Shown piece by piece: positions 48,801 through 59,500 of a DNA stretch of 64,000 bases (positions within the stretch are counted from its first letter, which is position 1; every line of letters begins with the position of its first letter). Position numbers and translations under genes: made by a program. The stretch is from assembly GCA_038883655.1 (NCBI GenBank), contig JAVZLQ010000004.1, forward strand, positions 64,001-128,000, in the 5' to 3' direction. The notes beneath the pieces are model-generated. The model saw nothing but the letters and a program-made list of their open reading frames with translations, was not told where the DNA came from and did not search any database. This stretch comes from Candidatus Bathyarchaeia archaeon (GTDB taxonomy: Archaea; Thermoproteota; Bathyarchaeia; Bathyarchaeales; Bathycorpusculaceae).

Positions 48801-49571
48801 ATGAAAATGCGCAGCTATTACATGGGCGAGCTCACATGGGTAGATGTGAAAGAATTCCTTTCAAAACATAATGTAGCCATAATACCAGTCGGAAGTTGTG
48901 AGCAGCACGGTCCGCATTTACCGCTTGATACAGATGCTTATGATGCCTTTTGGCTTTCGCTAAAGGCTGCTGAAAAGGCGCAGTGCGCGCTTGTGGCTCC
49001 ACCAATCTATTATGGAGTTTCGCTTCATCACATGGACTTTCCAGGAACAGTTACGCTTTCCTCAAATACGCTGGAGCAACTCGCCTACGAGGTGGCTTAT
49101 TCCCTAACATGGCATGGGTTCAGGAAAATACTCTTCGAAAATGGTCATGGCGGAAACACTCACGCCTTAGAAGCTACAGCACAAAGAGTTAAGATGGACA
49201 CAAATGCATTCGTAACCATCGACACGGTCAGCCTCATACCCGACTTCATCGAGAAACACATAGAAACGCCGCATGACGCGCATGCCGGAGAATTTGAAAC
49301 ATCCACAACACTTGCCAACAGAGAAGACTGTGTAGTTAAGGAAAGAATTAAAAGGGCGGAGATAAGGCTCCCAGAATCAAAATATGTGAAGATAGGGTTA
49401 AAGGAGACAGGTCCAAAGGTCTCGTGGAGTTTTAGGACAAAAGAGCTGAGCGAAACTGGAGTTATAGGAGACCCATCAAAAGCTTCGAAGGAGAAAGGCG
49501 AACTCGCCTGGAAAGTAGCCATAGAAAGGCTTGCTGAATTTTTAAGAGAACTTGACAAAATGAAAATCTAA
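48801..49571 (+). CDS. Creatininase/ArfB/MftE family amidohydrolase
   Basis: PVGSCEQHGPHLPLDTD, NGHGGN, HAGEFETS, GVIGDP. Confidence 0.92.
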   Translation: MKMRSYYMGELTWVDVKEFLSKHNVAIIPVGSCEQHGPHLPLDTDAYDAFWLSLKAAEKAQCALVAPPIYYGVSLHHMDFPGTVTLSSNTLEQLAYEVAYSLTWHGFRKILFENGHGGNTHALEATAQRVKMDTNAFVTIDTVSLIPDFIEKHIETPHDAHAGEFETSTTLANREDCVVKERIKRAEIRLPESKYVKIGLKETGPKVSWSFRTKELSETGVIGDPSKASKEKGELAWKVAIERLAEFLRELDKMKI

Positions 49572-49608
49572 TATCTCGGCGTTAACACTATCATTAACGA
49601 GGCCATGA

Positions 49609-51375
49609 TTGTTGCAGTATCTCAAAATAGCCGACATCTACGAGCAAATTGAAGCCACAACAAAAAGGCTTGAAATGACAGACCTTCTAGTTAACCTTCT
49701 AAAGAGCACGCCAAAAGAAATAATCGACAAAGTCGTTTACTTGACGCAGGGCAAAATCTACCCAGACTTCGTGGGCTTAGAAATAGGCGTGGCGGAAAAA
49801 CTTGCCATAAAAGCCCTAGCGCGGGCTTCTGGCGCAAAGGAAAGCGAAATTGAAGAAGACCTAAAGAAAAGTGGAGATATAGGCGAAACAGCCCAAAAGC
49901 TCATAGCAAACAAAAAACAGGTAACGTTCTTCCAAAAACCCCTAACAGTCCAAAGAGTTTATGAAACGCTCGATAAAATGGCTAAGGCTTCAGGCAGCGG
50001 AGCAGTGGACACAAAAACCGCGTTGTTAGCCGGGCTTCTAGCGGATGCAACACCAAAAGAAGCGAAGTACATTATGCGCACAGTTACTGGAAATCTTCGC
50101 TTAGGAATAGCAGATATGACTGTTCTTGACGCTTTGGCAATAGCCTACGGTGGAGGAAAAGAGGCCCGCGAGCTAATCGAGAGAGCCTACAATATATCCT
50201 CAGATCTTGGGAGAGTGGCAAAAACCGTAGCGGAAAAAGGACTTGAAGGAATAAAGGAATTCCAAGTCATAATAGGCGAGCCGATAAGGCCAATGCTGGC
50301 TGAAAGACTTTCTTCTCCAGAAGAGATTTTAGAAAAGCTCGGCGGAAAATGCATAGCAGAATACAAATACGATGGCGAACGTGTGCAAATCCACAAAAAA
50401 GGCGACGATGTAATTCTTTTTTCCAGACGCTTAGAAAACATTTCAAGCCAATACCCAGACGCCATAGAACTAATAAAAAAACATGTGAAGGCGAAAGACG
50501 CCATTTTAGAGGCAGAATGCGTAGCCATAGACCTCGACACAGGCGAGATGCGACCATTCCAAGAGCTCATGCATAGAAGACGCAAATACGAAATCGAAAA
50601 GGCAATAGAGGAATATCCCGTTTCGCTTTTCATGTTTGACGCGCTTTACATAGATGGAAAAGACCTAACACTGGAGCCCTACCCAAAAAGGAGAAAAGCC
50701 CTCGAAAAAGCAATAATTGAAGGCGAAAGGGTGCAAATCGCCAAACACATAATAACAAGCAACGCGAAAGAACTGGAGAGATTCTTCTTAGAAGCCATAG
50801 AAGATGGCTGCGAAGGCTTAGTATGCAAATCAGTAGCCGAAGACGCGGTCTATCAGGCAGGCGCAAGGGGCTGGTTGTGGATAAAATACAAGCGCGACTA
50901 CAAAAGCGAAATGACAGACACCGTAGATTTGGTGACTGTTGGTGCCTTTCATGGACGCGGAAAACGCGCAGGAACTTACGGTGCACTACTGTTGGCGGCA
51001 TACAATCCAGAAACTGACACGTTCGAAACAGTGACAAAATGCGGAACGGGGTTCACAGATGAAGACCTAGCGAAACTACCGCAAATGCTAAAACCACACA
51101 TAATACCACGTAAACATCCAAGAGTAAACTCACTTTTAGAGGCAGACGTGTGGCTAGAACCAAAGATAGTCCTAGAAATACTAGGCGCAGAAATAACCCT
51201 GAGTCCAATCCACACATGCGCCATGAATATAATACGCCAGGGAAGCGGCCTAGCAATACGTTTTCCGCGTTTCACCGGGAATTATAGGCTTGATAAAGCT
51301 GCTGAAGATGCAACAACGATAAGCGAAATAGTTGAGATGTATAAGAAACAATTAAAGAAAATTACTGAAAGTTAA
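49609..51375 (+). CDS. lig: ATP-dependent DNA ligase
   Basis: PMLA, EYKYDGER, EGLVCK, WIKYKRDY, RFPRF. Confidence 0.97.
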   Translation: MLQYLKIADIYEQIEATTKRLEMTDLLVNLLKSTPKEIIDKVVYLTQGKIYPDFVGLEIGVAEKLAIKALARASGAKESEIEEDLKKSGDIGETAQKLIANKKQVTFFQKPLTVQRVYETLDKMAKASGSGAVDTKTALLAGLLADATPKEAKYIMRTVTGNLRLGIADMTVLDALAIAYGGGKEARELIERAYNISSDLGRVAKTVAEKGLEGIKEFQVIIGEPIRPMLAERLSSPEEILEKLGGKCIAEYKYDGERVQIHKKGDDVILFSRRLENISSQYPDAIELIKKHVKAKDAILEAECVAIDLDTGEMRPFQELMHRRRKYEIEKAIEEYPVSLFMFDALYIDGKDLTLEPYPKRRKALEKAIIEGERVQIAKHIITSNAKELERFFLEAIEDGCEGLVCKSVAEDAVYQAGARGWLWIKYKRDYKSEMTDTVDLVTVGAFHGRGKRAGTYGALLLAAYNPETDTFETVTKCGTGFTDEDLAKLPQMLKPHIIPRKHPRVNSLLEADVWLEPKIVLEILGAEITLSPIHTCAMNIIRQGSGLAIRFPRFTGNYRLDKAAEDATTISEIVEMYKKQLKKITES

Positions 51376-51492
51376 GCCAAAGAGTATGATTTTTGCTTAT
51401 GTTGGCGCAGTCCCTCTTTTTGAGGCGTTTAGAGGACGTTTATAAGTCATTACCAAAAACTTTATTTTACCAGTCATTATCATTTTATACCG

Positions 51493-51544
51493 TTTACAAA
51501 ATTTTGGGAATTCAGCAATTGCTGGGTACTTAAAATTTTGTAAA
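51493..51544 (+). repeat. 52-nt near-perfect inverted repeat / hairpin
   Basis: TTTACAAAATTTT-GGGAATT-CAGCAA|TTGCTG-GGTACTT-AAAATTTTGTAAA. Confidence 0.8.
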
Positions 51545-51553
51545 AAATAAAAT

Positions 51554-54500
51554 ATGGGAGAAAGGAAAATGTCAAAATCTAATAGGAAAAGGGTTTCTAT
51601 TATTTTCACTTTGGCTTTACTGTTTTCATCTATGCTGCTAGTTAACTTGAAACTACCTGCAATAGCACAGTCCGAGGAGCTTATTTATCTTCACGGGCCT
51701 TCTTTAGCGCCCATTCACATGCATGGTCCACCTCTCATGCCCGTCCACATGCACTCAACAATAGGAATAATAGACTTAGCTAACCCAATGTACACCCCTT
51801 GGCATGAACTTTACCCCAAATACTGCGAAAACTGGGTTCTCACAAGCTGGGAGGACAACGGCAACCAAATCCTCGATTCCTCAGATCAAATTGACATGAC
51901 TAACGGTGTAACTCAACAAGTACGCTGGTATCATGTAGACAGAATAACAATAACGTTGAAGTTGTGGAACATGTATAACGAAGAGATATACGTTGAATTT
52001 AAGGGACCATACGACCCATATATCCAACCTATATGCACCCTATGGCACGAAGTATGGCCCGTCTACCACGGAGTGTTCGGTCCAGGAAACCCATATCACA
52101 TCGTTAACTGGCAAGACACTGGCATTGGTAACACAGGCTATCTGGGCGTCTGTGACTCAATCGAGTTTGGACAATGGCCTGGACTTTGGTGGCATGTTGA
52201 AGAATATGCTACGGATCTGATCCTGAACGAAAAAGTTATGAACCCTCTTGGTATTGAATGGCACGAACTTTACCCAAACTTCTGCAACCACCACCTTACT
52301 ACCAGTTGGGAAGAACCACTCGAAGACCTGTTCCCTGGAAGGCTTAGCCCAGGCGACCAAGTTGACATGATTAACCAGGCAAGTGGAATAACGGGATGGT
52401 ATCATGTTGACAGAGTAACTTTCACAATGAAAGTGACCAATGAAAGCGATCCTACGCAAGAAATGTACATCGAATATAAAGGGCCTTTCGAGACGATGTA
52501 CAACATTAAGACAACCGTAGTAAACTCAACATGGCACGAAGTCTACCCATTCTATTCCGTTTCTATGAACATCACTAGTTGGATAGACAACTGTAACGGA
52601 GTGCTCGACTCCTGCGACTACATTGAAATGTACGATTTGAACATAGACTTCTATTATGGTTGGTGGCACGTTGAAGAACTCTCAATAGACTTAATCCTCA
52701 ACAAGAAGGTTGACAACCCTACTGGCATAATTTGGCATGAACTTCACCCTGACTGCTGCATCAATGACTATAACACATTAAGTTGGGAAGATAACTTTGA
52801 TGGACTGTTGAATCCTTGCGATAACGTCACTCTGGCGCTTCTGCCAATCGGTCCAACCGACAAGTATCATGTAGAAAATATGACGCTCACCCTCAATCTC
52901 ACAGTAAACGATGTTGACCCAACCATGCCGTTCACGATAGGAGAACGGATATACATAGAGTATCTTGATGCCACGTACTACGATTGGAAGCTGATGTACT
53001 ATTCAAAGACAAACCCACTGTATACTGGTTGGGAAGTAGTCTGTCCAACCGACCGATTTGGCTACCCGATCACAATCGAGAAGTGGTACGACAACTGCAA
53101 TGGGATTCTTAGCTACTTTGACATCATCGAACTTCAAAGCTCCGACGGAACTATGTTGTGCCTAGTCGACGAATTAGCATTAGATATCACTGTTAAGAAA
53201 ATAACAGAGGAACATCCTCCGCCACCGTCATGGTACATGAAGCCACCTTTCCCAGACTATGCTCCGAGTGGAATGCCAGACTTCGATCAAAGACAAGTCG
53301 GCACCTACCCATGGATGGATCCAAGTGGAAGATGGAGCCACTGTGGACCAACTGCTGTGGCGAACTCGATTTTGTGGCTCGACTCAAAATTTGAACCAAA
53401 CACCATACCCCCACCGACCATAATTGACAACTATCCGCTAGTTCAAGCCTACGGTCCATGGGACGACCATGACTCGCAGAACGTTCAGCCGTTGGTTGAG
53501 CATTTGGCATATTTGATGGATACGAACGGTTTAAGAACAGGCATCGTTAAGCTTGGCACAAATGTCTTCGACATGCAAGCTGGACTGACGCATTATCTAT
53601 CATGGACTGGAGTGAACCCGCTTGGAGATGTGGACGGAGACGGAATTGTCACTCAGAATGACCAAGCGATAGTCCTTAATGCGATGGGAACAAGCCCAGG
53701 AACGCCAGGCTGGGAAATTAGAGCCGACATATTCCCTGTTACCGTCTCATATCCACCTATTACTGACAACATAATCGACATAAACGATCTTACACTTGTG
53801 CAGATGAATATGGGTTTAAGTGGAATGTTTTATGAACATACGATGATGGCGCCTCCGTGGGAACTTATCGCAGATGAAGTCATGAGATGCCAAGACGTCG
53901 TCTTACTTATTGCTCCATGGTACTATGATGGCGTTAACTGGTATCGCTACGATGAGGGTGCACATTATGTCACAGTTGCAGGCTTAAACGCTACCACATG
54001 GGAAATAGTATTAAGCGACCCAATAAACGACAATGCAGAAGTAGGAGGACCAGGCAGCGTTCCAGTACCACACGTTCACCCACCACCTGAACCACCATAC
54101 ATTACACACAACAAAGCTAACCTGGTCTCACATGACATGTACAAAGTCATAATGCAACCATGCCCAGGCGGCCCACTTGCAATCATCGGCTATCCTGGGT
54201 CAATAGTCAATCCGCCTGGCACCATATGGCAGATTGAAGCTGCGGTGATAACTTGTCCATACGCTGTTGATGTGCATGACATTGCTGTCACCAACGTTAC
54301 AACTTCAAAGAGTGGCTGCTTGCCTATGCCCACGATCTGTGAGAATTACACTGCTACAGTAGATGTTACAATCCTCAACGAGGGGGACTTCACTGAAAAT
54401 GTCACTGTTACTGCTTATGCTAACTCCACAGTCATCGGAACACAAGCCTACAACAACCTTGCCCCAACTGCCACGGCAACTCTAACTTTCGTTTGGAATA

Positions 54501-54796
54501 CTACTGGTTTTGTTAAGGGTAACTATTCCATAAGTGCTTATGCTTGGCCTGTTCTTGGCGAAACACACACAGCAGACAACACGTTTACAGATGGCTGGGT
54601 TATTGTTGTAATCGTGGCTGACATTAACGGCGACGGATCATGCGACATGGCTGACATATCTATCATGATAGACGGCTTTATGGCCACACCAAGCACTTCA
54701 GCATGGAACCCAAACGCTGACGTAAACGACGACGGAAGCATAGACATGGCTGACATATCAATAGCCATAGACAACTTCATGAAAACAGACCCATAA
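51554..54796 (+). CDS. Secreted multidomain protein: His-rich repeats, three ~155-aa WHE-x-x-P repeats, C39-like Cys peptidase, CARDB-like Ig domain, dockerin-like modules
   Basis: Signal peptide (basic N-terminus, hydrophobic core, AIA/Q); HCGPTAVAN, GAHYVTVAG, LSDP; DIAVTNVT; ADINGDGSCDMADI / ADVNDDGSIDMADI. Confidence 0.82.
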   Translation: MGERKMSKSNRKRVSIIFTLALLFSSMLLVNLKLPAIAQSEELIYLHGPSLAPIHMHGPPLMPVHMHSTIGIIDLANPMYTPWHELYPKYCENWVLTSWEDNGNQILDSSDQIDMTNGVTQQVRWYHVDRITITLKLWNMYNEEIYVEFKGPYDPYIQPICTLWHEVWPVYHGVFGPGNPYHIVNWQDTGIGNTGYLGVCDSIEFGQWPGLWWHVEEYATDLILNEKVMNPLGIEWHELYPNFCNHHLTTSWEEPLEDLFPGRLSPGDQVDMINQASGITGWYHVDRVTFTMKVTNESDPTQEMYIEYKGPFETMYNIKTTVVNSTWHEVYPFYSVSMNITSWIDNCNGVLDSCDYIEMYDLNIDFYYGWWHVEELSIDLILNKKVDNPTGIIWHELHPDCCINDYNTLSWEDNFDGLLNPCDNVTLALLPIGPTDKYHVENMTLTLNLTVNDVDPTMPFTIGERIYIEYLDATYYDWKLMYYSKTNPLYTGWEVVCPTDRFGYPITIEKWYDNCNGILSYFDIIELQSSDGTMLCLVDELALDITVKKITEEHPPPPSWYMKPPFPDYAPSGMPDFDQRQVGTYPWMDPSGRWSHCGPTAVANSILWLDSKFEPNTIPPPTIIDNYPLVQAYGPWDDHDSQNVQPLVEHLAYLMDTNGLRTGIVKLGTNVFDMQAGLTHYLSWTGVNPLGDVDGDGIVTQNDQAIVLNAMGTSPGTPGWEIRADIFPVTVSYPPITDNIIDINDLTLVQMNMGLSGMFYEHTMMAPPWELIADEVMRCQDVVLLIAPWYYDGVNWYRYDEGAHYVTVAGLNATTWEIVLSDPINDNAEVGGPGSVPVPHVHPPPEPPYITHNKANLVSHDMYKVIMQPCPGGPLAIIGYPGSIVNPPGTIWQIEAAVITCPYAVDVHDIAVTNVTTSKSGCLPMPTICENYTATVDVTILNEGDFTENVTVTAYANSTVIGTQAYNNLAPTATATLTFVWNTTGFVKGNYSISAYAWPVLGETHTADNTFTDGWVIVVIVADINGDGSCDMADISIMIDGFMATPSTSAWNPNADVNDDGSIDMADISIAIDNFMKTDP

Positions 54797-54834
54797 CCCC
54801 CACTTTTTCATTTAAGTCACTATACACATCATTG

Positions 54835-55131
54835 TTATTCGTATATTGGCTCTCTATAGTAGAAATCATGCACTAAAACTAATGCAAGTAAAGATATGGC
54901 AAACCAAAAAATCACATCAACAAGCAAGTTAAGATACCTAATATCCAAGCCGAAGTTTGCTACAACAATCCTCCAAACGAACGGATAACCATAATAAGTT
55001 GCATCTACGGCACCTACCCGCGGAGGGTTTTCAATAACCCCACCAATCAACGTTATTAAAACTCCCAAAACTATACTTGACAACACAAACTTTGATTTTA
55101 AGAGCCTCCAAACCCTCTCCTTTTCTGACAT
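54835..55131 (-). CDS. Small membrane protein
   Basis: Two TM segments flanking YYGYPFVW. Confidence 0.65.
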   Translation of the reverse strand: MSEKERVWRLLKSKFVLSSIVLGVLITLIGGVIENPPRVGAVDATYYGYPFVWRIVVANFGLDIRYLNLLVDVIFWFAISLLALVLVHDFYYREPIYE

Positions 55132-55205
55132 CTTATTCTCCCATCATTTAAATTGATTCTGAGTCAAACTTATAAGAATAACCCACTGTATCATATACGG
55201 TAAGC

Positions 55206-55835
55206 ATGGTACGAATATACCGCGAAATTTTCGTCGAACTAATCGTACTTATTTTAGTTGGAGGAAGCTTAATTTTCATTCCACTCTACATAAATTCTTT
55301 TTTGACATCAATGCATATAATTGGACCAGATTGGAACTTTGAGATATTTATTGTTGGAGACTCGATGCGACCGACTTTAAGTTATGGTGACTTTGTGTGT
55401 GTTCGCAAGACAGATGTTTCACTTATAAGGACTGGACTGAATGGTGACATAATAGCTTTTGAAAGACCTCAACCATCCATCAGCAATCCAGCAATAATCG
55501 TTCACAGGGCAATTAATAGAACTGTTAGAAACAGCATCATTTACTTTCAAACAAAGGGAGACAACAATAACTCTCCAGATAATTGGAGCGATTATCGAGG
55601 AGAAAATTACACATGGAATGGCATGGTCTCAGAGCTGTTACTTATTGGGAAAGTTGTTGGCGTTAGAAAAGAATATGCCGTAGTATTTCCTGTCGCAATA
55701 ATGACATCGATGGTATTAAGTTTGGCTGTTGGTGACATAATTTTATACTTCTACCTTCTACATGGAATTAGTTTTCAAAGGGCTTTGAAAATCGATTCAC
55801 CCAGTCATCCCGAGGATGACGAACCAGCAAGATAA
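55206..55835 (+). CDS. Signal peptidase I (archaeal/Sec11 type)
   Basis: GDSMRPTL, GDII, IVHR, TKGDNN..PD, IGKV. Confidence 0.9.
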   Translation: MVRIYREIFVELIVLILVGGSLIFIPLYINSFLTSMHIIGPDWNFEIFIVGDSMRPTLSYGDFVCVRKTDVSLIRTGLNGDIIAFERPQPSISNPAIIVHRAINRTVRNSIIYFQTKGDNNNSPDNWSDYRGENYTWNGMVSELLLIGKVVGVRKEYAVVFPVAIMTSMVLSLAVGDIILYFYLLHGISFQRALKIDSPSHPEDDEPAR

Positions 55836-56200
55836 GATACAACGTTTTCTATGTATTGTTCAAGTTCTTTCTCAAGTTTTCTCCATGTTTCATCTGATTT
55901 TAATTTCCGCAAAAACCAATATCCGCCTATGAACATTCTTGTTATAGGATTAAGCAGGAAAAAATTGTCATTATCTTTTCTGCAAAGATCGCATTTTACG
56001 GTGAAATTTTCGGGTTTTCCTTCGATGGTCAGACATATATATCCTTCAATAAAGAAACGTGGAGAATTTGCCGCGAGAATCTGATAGCCATTCGGTGTTT
56101 CACCTCTTATTGCTTCAAAATCTTTCGTTTTGAAAAAATTGCCTATGTGTTCAGTAAGTAATGCTAAATCAACATTCTTCTCAAACCATTTTTTATACAT
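55805..56200 (-). CDS. Hypothetical protein
   Basis: 131-aa ORF co-oriented downstream of the subtilase gene. Confidence 0.6.
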   Translation of the reverse strand: MYKKWFEKNVDLALLTEHIGNFFKTKDFEAIRGETPNGYQILAANSPRFFIEGYICLTIEGKPENFTVKCDLCRKDNDNFFLLNPITRMFIGGYWFLRKLKSDETWRKLEKELEQYIENVVSYLAGSSSSG

Positions 56201-56210
56201 GAGGAAGTCA

Positions 56211-56465
56211 CTAATATGTCATTTTTATCCTTATTATTTGTCCTTGAACATTTTCACGGATATAATTTACCAAGAATTTTTTTGCTTCTTCGTAACTTAC
56301 ATTTCTACCCACGTATAAGCAGCTTATTTCTCCTGGTTTTGGACGCATTTGAATTTTAGGTGTGATTGCATTAGAGGAGATATTCATTTTCCTAAAGACT
56401 TTTATGCGAAAGCGTTCCAAACCATGCTGAGGGCATTGCACTTCTATTGAAATGCTTACCATCAT
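56211..56465 (-). CDS. Small hypothetical protein with CPxHG motif
   Basis: EVQCPQHGLERF; RBS-like AGGAGA upstream. Confidence 0.6.
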   Translation of the reverse strand: MMVSISIEVQCPQHGLERFRIKVFRKMNISSNAITPKIQMRPKPGEISCLYVGRNVSYEEAKKFLVNYIRENVQGQIIRIKMTY

Positions 56466-56512
56466 CTCCTTCTCCTTTATTATCTTAATGCTTAATCAGT
56501 TTAATAAATATT

Positions 56513-59500
56513 TCACGTAGCATCTTTCGAGCGTTTACCTTTAAAGTAAATATGCAATGCGCGCGTAACAATAATGGCTATTGAGATCAAAACTAAAGCC
56601 GTAAGTGATCCTATCAAAATGCCCAAGATTTTACCAGAGTTATAACTTTCTTCTGTTGCTTTTTGAACATTTTTTGTCCACACATCAATCTGTCTTTCTC
56701 CTACGTTTCCAGCAGCATCAACACCGACTATTTTTATTGTATGGCGACCATCACCAACGTTTGTTGTGTTCCAGTAAAAGAAAGTCTCTCCAGTGACATC
56801 AAAAACCATGTTGTCTATGTATAGGAGAGCCTTTTCTAGATGATCATCGCCTATTGTAAAGTTTATGCAGGCAACCCCCAAAAGTTCCTCGTTGTCGGCT
56901 GGAGAATTTATAATCACTGAAGGGCTTGTGTTATCGATGACGATGTTTATTCTTGCACATTCTCGGTTTTCAGCCATATCAAAAACTTCTAATTTAACTT
57001 CATAATGTCCATCCTGAAGCAGACAAGAATTTACAGCCAACGACGTGATGTTTGTAACGTCCCAAAGCATATTGTTTATATTTAAAGTTGCGTTTTTAAT
57101 GTTTGCATCGCTAGCTAGAAACATTATAATGGTTTCACCTGCTATTATAGAGTTATTTTTTGGAAAAGATATTTTTGCGATAGGCTTAGTATTGTCGACC
57201 GTAAGTGTTAATTTGCTTGCTTTAAAGTTTCCCGCTTCATCTGTAACCTTTAGAACTAAAATATGTTCACCATCGCTTATTTGTCTAGCATCTAATTCAT
57301 AGTAAGTCTGTGATGTTACATCCGCTATTACTTCTCCATCAATCGTAAGAACCGCACATTGAAGGTTTGCGTCTGCAAAACTGAAGTTGACATGGATTAT
57401 TCCTGATACATAACTTCCATTTGCTGGTAAAACTATTTCGGCTGTTGGAGGTGTGTTATCTACGGTGACTAATAAAGAAAATTCTGCATAATTCCCTGCT
57501 CTATCAAAAACTTCAGCTTTAAGAATATAGTTACCATCAGCGTAAGTACCGTTGCTCGTATCCCACGAGACAATATGAAAACCAAAATCAGCCCAACAAT
57601 CAATCAGCGTGTCATTGCATGACAATGAAGCGTTTCTTAAATTCAAATCATGTACGTATATTGTGACGTTACTATTTCCTCTTACGTACTTTGCTTGTTG
57701 CAAAATTTGGACTTGTGGAACTGTATTATCCACTATAACAGTTATACGATCAGCATTAGTGTTATTGGCTTTATCTATAACTACTAAAAGAACTTCATAA
57801 ACTCCATCATTGTACACGCGCGTATCCCAGATATAAGTATGGTTTCCACCAGAAAAAAATGCAGCTTTGCTGGCATTGTTTATAAACAAATGCATGCAAT
57901 TGAACCAGCGATCATCACCATTTATGTCTATTTCAATGATGCCTTTCAAGTAACTTCCATTGTAAGGTGTAATAATATGCGCAGTGGGCAACGTTTTGTC
58001 TATGACTATTGTTACACTAGAACTGTTCATGTTCCCAGCAAAGTCATAAGCCTCAACGTCGATAGTGTATGTAGCATCATTCAATCCTGTTAAGTTATAA
58101 CTTGAAAAACTGCCTCCGACTATAGCCTTCTCTGTTGAATTAAGGCATATTCGGTAGTATGCAATCCCACTTTCAAAATCAAATCCTCTCCAATGTACTT
58201 CAACTTCAGAAGATGATATAAACGTGTTATTTGAGGGTTTTTCAATTACAACTTGTGGTGGCGATGTGTCAACATTAGTTTGCAAAAGATGCAAGACGCG
58301 TGTAATATTATGTCCTTGAGTGTCCAAATCGCTTTCAACAGATGAAATTAATAGGCCGCTCACCTTATCATAATAATAAAAGCAAAGCTCAGTTTCGTTT
58401 ATAAAGAAAACTAACCATGTGTTGAAGTTTCTTTGTCCAAGGGTATATTCAGAGCTACCTATGACCGTTCCTGTTTGATTCCAAATTCGAACAGAGGATC
58501 CTAAATCAAGAAAAGTTTCTATCCAGCCAAAATAATAAGTGTTGTTAAAATTCGTCGGGCCGTCTACAACTAAGCGTGTTCTAATGTCTACAACCAAATA
58601 AACGGTGAAATTCTCAACGATGTTACCATCTTTATCCCAAGATAAACAGCTAAGTTGAATTAAAACTTTATTATAATTGATTATTGAAATATAAGTGGCT
58701 TTTAGATTTCCTTCCACTTCGGCGATGCTGTTATTGAAATGCGCGATACTATATTGGGCGTAATCACCGACTTTTGGTTTAATAAGAGCGCCTATTGGAA
58801 TGTTTGTCTCTAGTAGTGTTAGGTTTTCAAGAAAACCAATTGTAACCCTATCATAACCAATTAATAAGCCTGAGATTTTTTCATAGTAAAAAGTATAATT
58901 TTGGTAGCGTGATTCAACGGACAGTTTCCAGCATTCAATAGACCGATTATTTACGGTTACGCTTTTAGTGCCTGTAACTGTGCCGACATTATTTAACACT
59001 CGTACTTGCGAACCTAACGTTACGTTTGTTTCAATCCAACCCGGAAACCAAAAACCCGCCCAAGTGCCTTTTTCTACAAATCTGTTTATTGTATTTATGA
59101 TTGATGACGTAACCAAAATATAGTCCGTGGATGAGTGCCAGTATGTAACGTTAATCTGGTATGGTGAAATGTAGTAATTATATGTGAAATTAATTAGCTC
59201 GGTGATTGATGTTTCCTCAGTAAATGTGCATAACGTATAATTTGCCCACTGTCCTTCTTCTGGTTGAATCAACGGATCCCAAACTGTTACAATCCGCGTC
59301 ATCTTGTTATTTAAAGTGTTGTTTTCGTTATCCTTTGGTCTAGCATATGCTGTTACGTTATAATTCGCTCTTGGAACGCTCATCCAGAGATAACTTGTAG
59401 AATATGTTTCGTCGCTGGCAATTTCACTAATCGTTTCGTTCTTCGCAACATTACCATTTATATAAATCGCTAGCTCCACATCATATTCAGCATCTAAGCC

